NCBI GenBank assembly: GCA_001029735.1
Contig: CP011213.1
Coordinates: 332,288-396,287, forward strand
Length of the DNA: 64,000 nt
Direction: 5' to 3'
Source: Berkelbacteria bacterium GW2011_GWE1_39_12
GTDB taxonomy: Bacteria > Patescibacteriota > UBA1384 > UBA12157
Position numbers and translations under genes: made by a program. Below the pieces are notes generated by a model. That model saw only the letters and a program-made list of their open reading frames with translations. It did not search any database and was not told the DNA's origin. Position 1 is the first letter of the stretch; every line of letters starts with the position of its first letter. This document shows positions 1-8,745 of this stretch, one piece after another.

Positions 1-125
1 AAAACCGGATTGTCGGTTCTACCGCTTTCATGCAGGATTTTAACCTGAGCACATATTTTTCCCGTCTTGTTCTCGGTTACGACAGCCTTTGCAGGCCGGT
101 TACCAGGTTCAAACCGCTTGTCCAT
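1..125 (-). CDS. Hypothetical protein, N-terminal part (runs off the window start)
   Basis: ATG at 125 preceded by GGAGG; open frame MDKRFEPGNRPAKAVVTENK... to position 1; overlaps the end of ORF 109..1149. Confidence 0.5.
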   Translation of the reverse strand, partial: MDKRFEPGNRPAKAVVTENKTGKICAQVKILHESGRTDNPV

Positions 126-1149
126 TAGGACCTCCCTCCAAAGCAGCTAATTCAACAGCAAATTTACTGGCTGTAAAATCAGGCGGCAAAAAAAGCTTCC
201 CGGTATTAGGATCCTGATCGTACATAACTTCAGAAGTTGAGACCAACATCCAGTAGGCTCTTACCTGAAGATCAGGATTTTTAAGCCTCCATAATTTATC
301 ATATTCCCTGGCGCTTGTCAAGAGTAGATTACGTTGTCTAATCTCCTTTGCCTCGTCTCTGCTATAGCCATTAGGGTTTTCATATCGATCAACTTTTGTA
401 CCTGATAGATACATCATAGAGGCACGGGATTTTATCTGGACCGCTAACATATTGTTACCTTTCTTCACCCAAAGATCGATTTTTTGAATAGCATCTTGTT
501 CAGGAAAAGCCATATATGCTTCCCATCCTTGACTTTCAAAAATTTCCATACTCGCCTTTAAACCCAGAGCTCCGTTTTTAATTGCCTTAAATTCCTCTGG
601 ATCATTGCCTAATATCTCTTGGCCTAATTCGTCAAACTTTTCCCAATAAAACTGAAGAAAACTTTTTCCCTCTTCAGTTTGTTCAAGTATAAACATCATT
701 TTGACCAGTTGATTTTGCCATTCCGCTGAATAAATATTCAAATGATCTACTTCAAGAGATATCTTATCCATTTCGACTGAGTCATGATTGTCTTTTGCCT
801 TTGCAAAAGCTTTATCGAGCTCCCTTCTCTTAAAGACTTTGTTAAAGATTTCTCCCATTTTCCAGCAAGCCTCAGGGATATCTTTTTCTAATTGGGTCAG
901 TTCTGTCGGTGATCCCTCTTGTAAATAAACTACTTCATCTACCGCAGCCTCATTCATCTTAGCGGCTATCTTATTTCTGTCACCACGGTAATCTTCAATT
1001 TGAGTGCCAAAAAAATTATCTAACTCTTCTTGCGCCAGGTCGGTCTCTAATACGAGTTGGTCGTGATCAACTGCGCAATGCTCTGGTTTTCTTTCGACAT
1101 TGATTACTTGTTCATAACTAAATTGAGGCATTGGATATAGCTCACTCAC
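109..1149 (-). CDS. Hypothetical protein with possible C-terminal PD-(D/E)xK-like nuclease fold
   Basis: 346-aa ORF; motif QDAIQKIDLW...LAVQIKS resembles a D...QxK restriction-endonuclease-like active site. Confidence 0.5.
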   Translation of the reverse strand: MSELYPMPQFSYEQVINVERKPEHCAVDHDQLVLETDLAQEELDNFFGTQIEDYRGDRNKIAAKMNEAAVDEVVYLQEGSPTELTQLEKDIPEACWKMGEIFNKVFKRRELDKAFAKAKDNHDSVEMDKISLEVDHLNIYSAEWQNQLVKMMFILEQTEEGKSFLQFYWEKFDELGQEILGNDPEEFKAIKNGALGLKASMEIFESQGWEAYMAFPEQDAIQKIDLWVKKGNNMLAVQIKSRASMMYLSGTKVDRYENPNGYSRDEAKEIRQRNLLLTSAREYDKLWRLKNPDLQVRAYWMLVSTSEVMYDQDPNTGKLFLPPDFTASKFAVELAALEGGPNGQAV

Positions 1150-1150
1150 A

Positions 1151-2233
1151 TTACTCCTTAATCAGAATTAATAGTTCTTTCTCTATTTTTATCACATTTT
1201 TCTCTGCATCAAAATTTTCTAAGATATAAGGTCTGGCTTTTTTCGCCAGTTCTTCTCTTTTTTCGTCATTTTCAATCAGTTCTGACATGCCATCAGCCAA
1301 TTCTTCCGCGTCGCGTTCCGGAACCAAAATCCCTACTTCATCAGTAATATACTCTGGAATTGCCCCAGAAGTGGTCGTGAGTACCGGTCGGCCACAGGCT
1401 AAACTCTGCAAATTAACTGTTCCAACCTGTTCTTCCCATTTTGGCATGGTAATTGAAGGATAAACCGTAAATAAAGCATTGGCAAAAAAAGGTGGAAGTT
1501 CCGCATTCTTCATTTGGCCCATTTTTTGCATCTGAGAGCCTTCGATATCAATATCCATCTCACCACTGCCAATAAAAACCAATTCTACATCAGAAAACTG
1601 ATGTTTCACACTATTCCAAGCGGCTAAAAGATAAGTAATACCCTTATCCTCGATAAACCTGCCGACGTACAAGATATAGCGTTTGCCCGTAATAGCTGCT
1701 GGTTTAGAATATGCCGGTCTAAAAAGAGAAGTATCCACTCCCCAGACACCATATGGCTCTTGTTTAAGTTTTTTAGGATCTACTCCCGCTTCTTCGAGAT
1801 TTCGCTTAGCTCCTTCATTTAAATAATAAATTGCTGCCGCTCCGCCAGCGTAATCTTTAAGCACAAATTTCAGAATTGGCGCCCAAAAGGGACCGAATCT
1901 GGCGCTAACCGGTCTATTTTCAAACATTGGAAAAATATAAGGTTTTTTTAGCTTTCTGGCGACTTTTTTGGTCACTCGGCAAATTCTAATAGCAATTTTG
2001 GAAGCATATGGTTCGGCGCCTTGAATTAAATCAGGGTTTAAAGCAATTAATTTCTTCTCTAAATCGCTAAAACTATCCCATTTAATCGCATTACCTAAAT
2101 CTACCGTCTTTAAATCACCATAAGGCGCATCAAAATAAAAATGTTTGACCTCGAATTCCTGGAAATACTTTAAAGGAAGATGGTTATCCATCCTAATCGA
2201 ATGCGTAATAATCGCTAAAATCGGCTTAGCCAT
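1151..2233 (-). CDS. Glycosyltransferase family 4
   Basis: YVGRFIEDKG, EQVGTVNLQSLACGRPV GT-B motifs. Confidence 0.9.
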   Translation of the reverse strand: MAKPILAIITHSIRMDNHLPLKYFQEFEVKHFYFDAPYGDLKTVDLGNAIKWDSFSDLEKKLIALNPDLIQGAEPYASKIAIRICRVTKKVARKLKKPYIFPMFENRPVSARFGPFWAPILKFVLKDYAGGAAAIYYLNEGAKRNLEEAGVDPKKLKQEPYGVWGVDTSLFRPAYSKPAAITGKRYILYVGRFIEDKGITYLLAAWNSVKHQFSDVELVFIGSGEMDIDIEGSQMQKMGQMKNAELPPFFANALFTVYPSITMPKWEEQVGTVNLQSLACGRPVLTTTSGAIPEYITDEVGILVPERDAEELADGMSELIENDEKREELAKKARPYILENFDAEKNVIKIEKELLILIKE

Positions 2234-3350
2234 TTATCGCCTCTTCCAGTAGCTTTATGGTTTCTTTTGCCGTCTTTTCCCAAGAGAACTTCTTAACTTG
2301 TTCTTTACCTGCTTTTGCCATCTGAGCGCGACTAATTTTACCCTCTAGAACTGCCTGTAAGCCTCCACAAATTGACTTAGGATCGTCAGGGTTAACTAAT
2401 ACACCCGCTGAACCTGCTACCTCTGGCATTGAGGAGAGCTTCGATGTCACGACTGGCGTGCCGAATTGCATCGCTTCAAGAATTGGGAAGCCAAAGCCTT
2501 CATATAACGACGGGTAAGCCACCACGGCCGCGTCTTGATATAACCTGGACAAATCTTTATCGCCGACATGTCCCAAAAAGCCGATTCTGTTTTTCACTCC
2601 TGTAGCCATAAGCGAATTGTAGATTCTGTCGGTATTCCAACCTTCAGCGCCCACTACCATTAAAGGATATTTTTCGATTAGTTTCGGCGGTAGCATTCCG
2701 TAAGCGGCAAAAAGAGTAGTTAAATTCTTTCTTGGCTCAATCGTACCGACAAATAAAATATAGCTTTTTTTCTTTAAATCTTTAGGTAAGTCTTTAGCAG
2801 GTTCCGCCAATTGGTTCAAACCAGGATAGATTGCCTTAACCTTATTTTCTGAAGTACCGGCAATTTTTTCGATATCTTTTTTGGTCGATTTTGAAACGGC
2901 AATGATTTTTTTACTGCCTTTGAGCGCCAACAAGGTTTGCCTGCTCAACCTTTCGGAAACATCTTCCCCGCGTTGCTCTGGGAATATGAAGGTGGTCATA
3001 TCGTGAATAATAGTCACTTGAGGTATTTTTAACCCGTTTTTATACTCCAAAAACGATGGCGCTAAGAGCACGTCTGCATCTTTGTATAAAGCGTTGTATA
3101 AACCGGAATTACCCCGCCACAGGGTTTCTTTAAGTGCACCAGGAATTTTAGCGGTTCTTATTTCGACGTTTTCTCTCCTGAAAGCTTTGATCGCCTTTTC
3201 TTTATTCTCATCATTTCTAAAGTAAGTGAAAATCAAAATATATTTGTTTTCCTTATCTTGCTCTAACAAATTTTCCACCAATCTCTTGGTGAAACGTCCT
3301 ATTCCAGCCGATTCAATAATTGCTCTCGAAGCGTCAATTGCAATTGTCAT
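2226..3350 (-). CDS. Glycosyltransferase family 4 (MtfB/WbaZ-like)
   Basis: FVGTIEPRKN, PSLYEGFGFPILEAM. Confidence 0.92.
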   Translation of the reverse strand: MTIAIDASRAIIESAGIGRFTKRLVENLLEQDKENKYILIFTYFRNDENKEKAIKAFRRENVEIRTAKIPGALKETLWRGNSGLYNALYKDADVLLAPSFLEYKNGLKIPQVTIIHDMTTFIFPEQRGEDVSERLSRQTLLALKGSKKIIAVSKSTKKDIEKIAGTSENKVKAIYPGLNQLAEPAKDLPKDLKKKSYILFVGTIEPRKNLTTLFAAYGMLPPKLIEKYPLMVVGAEGWNTDRIYNSLMATGVKNRIGFLGHVGDKDLSRLYQDAAVVAYPSLYEGFGFPILEAMQFGTPVVTSKLSSMPEVAGSAGVLVNPDDPKSICGGLQAVLEGKISRAQMAKAGKEQVKKFSWEKTAKETIKLLEEAING

Positions 3351-4231
3351 TTAACCTCAAAATAATGATTTCTACCGTTTATAATGGCCGAATACATTGT
3401 TTTAAACATTTTCTTGTCTCGTCTTTTTAGGGAAGAAGTACAGGCCCAGAAAAATTTATCGATAAAAAACAACGGGAAGGAAACTTTCGGGTAATTTTTT
3501 AGATAGAAGACTGCACCATTATGGATTAGCCAATACCTAAATTCATAAATATCATTGATCCGATTGCCGCCCGAACTGGTTCGGACATGACGCAAAATCG
3601 CCTTAGGATCAAAAACTAATTTGTAACCGGCACGCTTTACTCTTAAGGAGAAATCAGTTTCTTCCATATGGGCGTTACCCTTATAAATCTCTCCAAAACC
3701 ACCCACTTCCAGATAAACCTTTCTCAAACAACTGAAATTGCAACCGTAAGCATGATCGATTTCCTGTCTTTCGTCGGAATTAAAGTTGGTTATCTCCTTC
3801 AAACCGAAAAACTTCAATTTACCCGCTTCTTTCTTGATTGGCGGTTTTTCTTTAAAATCATATAGGACCCGCCCTCCAACCAAACCTACTTCTGGATCAG
3901 CATAATTTTCTAAATGATATTTAATAAAGTTCTTTTCTCTTATTTCCACATCGTCATCGACAAAGATGAGCAATTCTCCGTTTGCCTTTTTCACTGCTAA
4001 GTTTCTCGCGGCCGGCGAACTTTTAAGGTTGGTGCGAAAGTATTTAATAAGATTCTTATGCTCGTTGACGAAATTTAATACCTTAAGGCTCGGCTTCTCG
4101 GTTTGATCAGTTATTATTATCTCCATTGGGCTATATTCAAGGCTAACTAGGTCAGATAGCGTGTTTAAAAGAGCCTCTTCTCGTTGATAGGTTGGAATAA
4201 TAACGGAAACTTTTGGTGACTTATTTAGCAT
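3347..4231 (-). CDS. Glycosyltransferase family 2
   Basis: VSVIIPTYQR, AARN, FVDDD DxD motif. Confidence 0.92.
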   Translation of the reverse strand: MLNKSPKVSVIIPTYQREEALLNTLSDLVSLEYSPMEIIITDQTEKPSLKVLNFVNEHKNLIKYFRTNLKSSPAARNLAVKKANGELLIFVDDDVEIREKNFIKYHLENYADPEVGLVGGRVLYDFKEKPPIKKEAGKLKFFGLKEITNFNSDERQEIDHAYGCNFSCLRKVYLEVGGFGEIYKGNAHMEETDFSLRVKRAGYKLVFDPKAILRHVRTSSGGNRINDIYEFRYWLIHNGAVFYLKNYPKVSFPLFFIDKFFWACTSSLKRRDKKMFKTMYSAIINGRNHYFEVK

Positions 4232-5297
4232 TAAAAACTTCTTTGTAGACCTCTACGGTTTTTTTGGCCGTTTCTTCCCAAGAAAATTTACTGGCTTGCT
4301 CTAAGCCTTTTTCGCTCAATTCCTTGCAAAGATTAACGTCTGAGGAAAGTTTAACCATGGCATCGGTCCAGCCTTTCGAACCATGTGGGGGCAGCAGCAT
4401 TCCTGCTTCGCCCACAACTTCCGGAAGCGATGAGGTATTAGAAGAAATAACTGGTGTACCACAGGCCATCGCTTCGAGGGGCGGAAAACCAAACCCTTCA
4501 TATAATGACGGAAAAGTCAGAGCTGTCGCACCAGAATACAACGCCGGAATATCTTTATCTTCAGCATAGCCTGTAAAAATAACTTTACTAGACAGCTCAA
4601 GTTTACCAACTAAGCTGAATAAATCATCGTAATACCAGCCTTTTTTACCGACAATGACCAAATTTTCCTTGATCCCTTCTTTTACCGCTGATGCATAGAC
4701 TCGAACCAAAAAAGGTAAATTTTTTCTTGGTTCCAAGGTACCCACGTGAATAAAGTATTTTTCGCCGGTATTATACTTCTTTTTTACATCTTCCACCTGT
4801 TGAAGATCAAAAATCGGTCGAAAATCATGAGACACCGCCCAATACATAACTCTAATTTTTTCAGGGGCAATATTTAAGTATTCAACAATATCTTTTTTGG
4901 TATGCTCCGAGTCGACAATAATCATATCGGCTTTTCGGTATGAAAACGGCATCCATTTACTGTAAAAAAGACGACTGGCTAAAGGCAGGTTTTCCGGGAA
5001 TTTTATCGAAATAATGTCATGAATAGTGACGATAATTTTACCGCGATAAAGAATTGGTGCCGAAAAACAGGGTTGGTGTAGTATATCAACCTTTGCTTTT
5101 CTGGCCCTTTTGGGAAAACGAAACTGATCCCATATGAAACGCTGGGGAGTAGAAAAATCTTTATCTGTATCAGGGGCAATCAGAATATATTCGTTTTCGG
5201 GGTCGATTTTATTGAGATTTTCCACTAAATTTTTTACGTAGAAACCGAACCCACTCTTTTGGCCAAGGATAGTTTGAGTGTCTATTGCAATCCTCAT
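4221..5297 (-). CDS. Glycosyltransferase family 4 (probable start MRIAIDTQ at 5297)
   Basis: VGTLEPRKN, PSLYEGFGFPPLEAMACG; GAGGAG RBS before ATG 5297. Confidence 0.92.
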   Translation of the reverse strand: MRIAIDTQTILGQKSGFGFYVKNLVENLNKIDPENEYILIAPDTDKDFSTPQRFIWDQFRFPKRARKAKVDILHQPCFSAPILYRGKIIVTIHDIISIKFPENLPLASRLFYSKWMPFSYRKADMIIVDSEHTKKDIVEYLNIAPEKIRVMYWAVSHDFRPIFDLQQVEDVKKKYNTGEKYFIHVGTLEPRKNLPFLVRVYASAVKEGIKENLVIVGKKGWYYDDLFSLVGKLELSSKVIFTGYAEDKDIPALYSGATALTFPSLYEGFGFPPLEAMACGTPVISSNTSSLPEVVGEAGMLLPPHGSKGWTDAMVKLSSDVNLCKELSEKGLEQASKFSWEETAKKTVEVYKEVFNAK

Positions 5298-5404
5298 ATC
5301 TCTCCTCTTCCACAAGCGGTTTCGCGGAAATTTCTGCTGAAATTATAGAAACCGAACCCACTCTTTTGGCCAAGGATAGTTTGAGTGTCTATTGCAATCC
5401 TCAT
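5294..5404 (-). repeat. Duplicated first 20 codons of the downstream GT4 gene forming a 36-aa mini-ORF
   Basis: 59 nt identical to the gene start; MRIAIDTQTILGQKSGFGFY then NFSRNFRETACGRGEI*; stop overlaps the gene ATG (ATGA). Confidence 0.9.
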
Positions 5405-5514
5405 CTTTCTCCTTGTCTATTTGGGTTTCGCGGAATTTTTACTTGAGTAAAAATATAAAATCCGAAGCCAGATTTCTGACCTAATATGGTTTGTGTGTCG
5501 ATAGCAATTCTCAT
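5401..5514 (-). repeat. Synonymously recoded copy of the same 20 codons forming a 37-aa mini-ORF
   Basis: Same 20 aa, 15 of 20 codons differ from the gene; ATGA overlaps with the flippase stop and the next mini-ORF. Confidence 0.9.
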
Positions 5515-6983
5515 TCTGTCTCCGTTTTTTTACCTGGAAGTAAACTGGTAAACATTTCTTGGTTAATACCGCCGACAGCATAGAGAGCAACACCGTAAAC
5601 CAAGGCGGCTAAAACCATTAATAGGATAATATTGAGTGAATCCGCGGTAAAATACAAGAAAACGCCTAAAAATACACTGGCAAAGAGAACTTTCCATAAG
5701 ATTACCAGGCTAAGCTTGATCTCTAAATATTTATGCGCCACCCGCCATGAAAATACTAGCACCAAGATCTCTGTCATAACTGTTACAGCGGCGGCACCGA
5801 TATAAGAATAGTGAGGAATTAAAATAAAATTAGCAATAACATTAAAGAAAACCAAGATAACATAGGGCCAGATCATTTTTGATTGTTTACCCAGGGCAAT
5901 AACCAAATAGCCAAACATATAAGAGATAAAAGATAAACCAACAGCACAGACTAAAATTTGCAAAGCCGTTGGCGATGTCGCCGGCAGCCCTAAAACAGGA
6001 GGAATAGTGTGTGCTGTGACAAATTCTTGACCAGCCACAATTCTGATAATTCTCGTAGCAGTAAAAATGGTGCCAACAACTAGCGGCCAACCGAGAATAG
6101 TTAAAAAGTCAAAAGCTTTTTGTAAGACATTTTGTAATCTTTCATCCTTAGTTAAGATATATCGAGTCATTATTGGAAAAACGTTTCCCATGAAAATCGC
6201 TGGCAAAAACTGGAAGATTTCTAAAACCTTATAAGGAGGGCCGTAAATACCGATGTCGGTCGAAGTTTTCATTAAAGAGAGCATAACACTGTCGATTTTA
6301 AAATAAATTAACCCTAAAACTAGGACAATTCCCATTGGGACCGCTTGGCGAAAAAGTTCCCACCAATATTTAAAATCGAAAGTCGGACGGAAATGAACAT
6401 AAATTTTGCCAAGATAGGCGCTAGCAAAGAAGTTAATCATGTTGCCAATAGCATATGCCCAAAGAATTAGGTTCAAACCATAATTTTGCTTGATAAGGTA
6501 TAAGGTTAAAATCAAAATAACGGCACGGCCAATTACGTCGGTCATCGCCGCTTTATCCATTCTTAATTTATTCTGAAAAACACCCACATATGTCGAGTTC
6601 AAAGCTTGGAAAAGAGAGGCCAAGGCAGTAATACCAATGCCGAGCCTAAAGCCGTCATACTGCGGCACAAAAATCGCAATCAGAGTAGCGAGTCCAAAAA
6701 CCGCGATTCCGACGACAGTTCTCAAGGTTAAAATATTAGAGGTAGCCTTATCAATATCTGCGTCAGGTTTGGCTATCTCTCGGACAAAAATCCAAAAAAA
6801 GCCAAAGTCGGCAAAAACGCCAAAAAAAGCAAGGTAAGCGAAAATGGTTGTGTATTGACCAAACCCCGAAACACCAAGATGGCGCGTCAAAGAAGCAACC
6901 AATACCAAAGAAATCAAAGTCGTAATTACTTTGCCAACAATCTGAACAATCGTATTGTATGCCACTTTCCTCGTTAAGCTCAT
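5511..6983 (-). CDS. Polysaccharide flippase (Wzx/RfbX, MOP superfamily)
   Basis: Many TM segments; RHLGVSGFGQY, ADFG, KIDSVMLSLM, LIPHYSYIGAA motifs. Confidence 0.88.
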   Translation of the reverse strand: MSLTRKVAYNTIVQIVGKVITTLISLVLVASLTRHLGVSGFGQYTTIFAYLAFFGVFADFGFFWIFVREIAKPDADIDKATSNILTLRTVVGIAVFGLATLIAIFVPQYDGFRLGIGITALASLFQALNSTYVGVFQNKLRMDKAAMTDVIGRAVILILTLYLIKQNYGLNLILWAYAIGNMINFFASAYLGKIYVHFRPTFDFKYWWELFRQAVPMGIVLVLGLIYFKIDSVMLSLMKTSTDIGIYGPPYKVLEIFQFLPAIFMGNVFPIMTRYILTKDERLQNVLQKAFDFLTILGWPLVVGTIFTATRIIRIVAGQEFVTAHTIPPVLGLPATSPTALQILVCAVGLSFISYMFGYLVIALGKQSKMIWPYVILVFFNVIANFILIPHYSYIGAAAVTVMTEILVLVFSWRVAHKYLEIKLSLVILWKVLFASVFLGVFLYFTADSLNIILLMVLAALVYGVALYAVGGINQEMFTSLLPGKKTETE

Positions 6984-7035
6984 TGCCTTAATATTACGCC
7001 GATTTTACCTTGAAGGCAAATGAAAAAGCCGACAA

Positions 7036-7401
7036 TTAACTCGCCGGCTGTAGGTCTTTTATTATTTTCACGAGATTTGCGAAGCCGGAAGTCTTGTCGT
7101 AACCGGCATCCGCTTGGAAAATTCTGGCCCTTGCTTGGGCATCGTCTTTGTTACTAAAATCACCACTCATCAGAATGATGGGGATAGAAACTTGTGCCTG
7201 CCTCAGGGCAGAAATCATCTCAGGTCCAGTCATTACTGGCATTTGGAAATCGGTCAGGATTAGATCGATATGATTTTCCTTCATACAATCCAATCCTTTT
7301 TGGCCGTTTTCTGCGGTCAGGACCTCATAACCTTCTAACTGCAGGCGCGTTTCAAGCATTTGCCGGATTTCTGGCAAATCGTCGACGAGCAGTATCTTCA
7401 T
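7036..7401 (-). CDS. Single-domain response regulator (CheY-like receiver)
   Basis: KILLVDD, LTDFQMPVMTG, IILMSG, conserved K. Confidence 0.92.
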   Translation of the reverse strand: MKILLVDDLPEIRQMLETRLQLEGYEVLTAENGQKGLDCMKENHIDLILTDFQMPVMTGPEMISALRQAQVSIPIILMSGDFSNKDDAQARARIFQADAGYDKTSGFANLVKIIKDLQPAS

Positions 7402-7469
7402 TTCTCTCCTCCATACGCCCAGTGTATTTATCTAGTAAATTTTATCTGAAAATAGTCATTTTGTCAATC

Positions 7470-7495
7470 AAAAAAACAGCTTAAAGCTGTTTTTT
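7470..7495. terminator. Intrinsic terminator downstream of tRNA-Arg
   Basis: AAAAAAACAGC-TTAAA-GCTGTTTTTT inverted repeat. Confidence 0.75.
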
Positions 7496-7497
7496 AA

Positions 7498-7573
7498 TGG
7501 TGCGCCCAGCAGGATTTGAACCTGCGACCTTCAGATCCGCAATCTGACGCTCTATCCGCTGAGCTATGGGCGC
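7498..7573 (-). tRNA. tRNA-Arg(GCG)
   Basis: Cloverleaf GCGCCCA/TGGGCGC, D-arm GCTC/GAGC, anticodon arm TCAGA-TTGCGGA-TCTGA, T-loop TTCAAAT, encoded CCA. Confidence 0.95.
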
Positions 7574-7696
7574 GTTTTGTATCAATCGCTCTTTAATTGC
7601 GTAGCAATTATTCTTATCACTGAGCTACAGGCGCATATATGTTGATGTGCGCCTTGTTATTCCAATTCCGAAGGAATTGAGCTTTGCTACAGGCGC
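7574..7696 (-). repeat. Two leader units (62 and 61 nt), each starting with a copy of the tRNA-Arg 5' end
   Basis: GCGCCTGTAGC at 7696 and GCGCCTGTAGCTCAG at 7634 versus tRNA GCGCCCATAGCTCAG at 7573. Confidence 0.85.
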
Positions 7697-7734
7697 ATTA
7701 ATACACTTAATCTTAACCTATTTTATCTTATTTT

Positions 7735-8676
7735 TCAAGACTTGATTAATTCTTCCTTCAATAAAGGGACCATTTCCTTGCGCATCATAAATCCTGACCT
7801 TGTAGCTACATGATTAGTAAAATGAATATCCAAAACTTTAGAAAGAATTTTTTCTACTTCTTCAGTTGGAGCTACTATTATATTTTGATCCGCTTCGAGA
7901 TCAATAATGGTTAAGAAAACAACATCAAGACCTTGTTCTGACATAATCTTTCCGAGTTCTGACACAATCTCATCTTTTCTAGCTAAAGCCATTTCCTCTC
8001 CGCCAATCATTTCTATTTGGGCTGTTCCTAACTTATGAGAGCCAAAATTATGCCCTGCAAACCCAGCGAAGTCACTTCTTAACATCTTAATTAGTCTATC
8101 ACCTGAAAGATCTGACTTGGATAAAAACATCTTACGAGCAAAATCAGCTGGGAAATTATTTTCTTCATTTAGCCAAGCAGCAATTTCCCTATCTCTTTCA
8201 GTTGTAACTTTTGCTTGAAAATTAAGAGTATTTGAAATAATCGCACCATAAACCAAGGTAGCAATCTCTTTTGGCATTGAAAGACCTTTTTCTTTAAATT
8301 TTTCTGCAACCAAGGTGGCAGCAGCCCCAACTAACTCAATTTGAACCTTGGCATTAGGAAATTTCTCTGACATATTAATCTTGCGATGATCGACAATTTC
8401 GGTAACTTTTTCAGGATTAATTCTCTTGTCAATCCCATCCAAATCGCTTGAATCAACCAAAATAATCTCATCAAAATATTCAGGATTTTCTTCCTTAATA
8501 TTAAAATTAAGACCATATTCCATTAGCACATGGTCAGCTTCATCATGATGTCTACCTGAAACCGAAGGAACCGCTTTCATTCCCAATTGATTAAAATAAT
8601 AAGAATACGCAAAAATACAGGCAAAGCCATCTAAATCAGGATTAATATATCCAGTAACTAAAATTTTGTTTTCCAT
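7735..8676 (-). CDS. ppaC: Manganese-dependent inorganic pyrophosphatase (family II, DHH/DHHA2)
   Basis: NPDLDG, ILVD, IVDHR, VGAAATLV, AIISNTL, C-terminal MRKEMVP. Confidence 0.82.
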   Translation of the reverse strand: MENKILVTGYINPDLDGFACIFAYSYYFNQLGMKAVPSVSGRHHDEADHVLMEYGLNFNIKEENPEYFDEIILVDSSDLDGIDKRINPEKVTEIVDHRKINMSEKFPNAKVQIELVGAAATLVAEKFKEKGLSMPKEIATLVYGAIISNTLNFQAKVTTERDREIAAWLNEENNFPADFARKMFLSKSDLSGDRLIKMLRSDFAGFAGHNFGSHKLGTAQIEMIGGEEMALARKDEIVSELGKIMSEQGLDVVFLTIIDLEADQNIIVAPTEEVEKILSKVLDIHFTNHVATRSGFMMRKEMVPLLKEELIKS

Positions 8677-8745
8677 AAACTCATATTAGCACATCTTTAA
8701 TTATAGATGTAAGTTTGCTAAAATGGGCAAGTAAAGATCAAAAAT

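Noticed and set aside
5238-5514. DGR template/variable repeat pair
   Set aside because: Differences are synonymous and not restricted to adenines, lie at an N-terminus, and no reverse transcriptase is present
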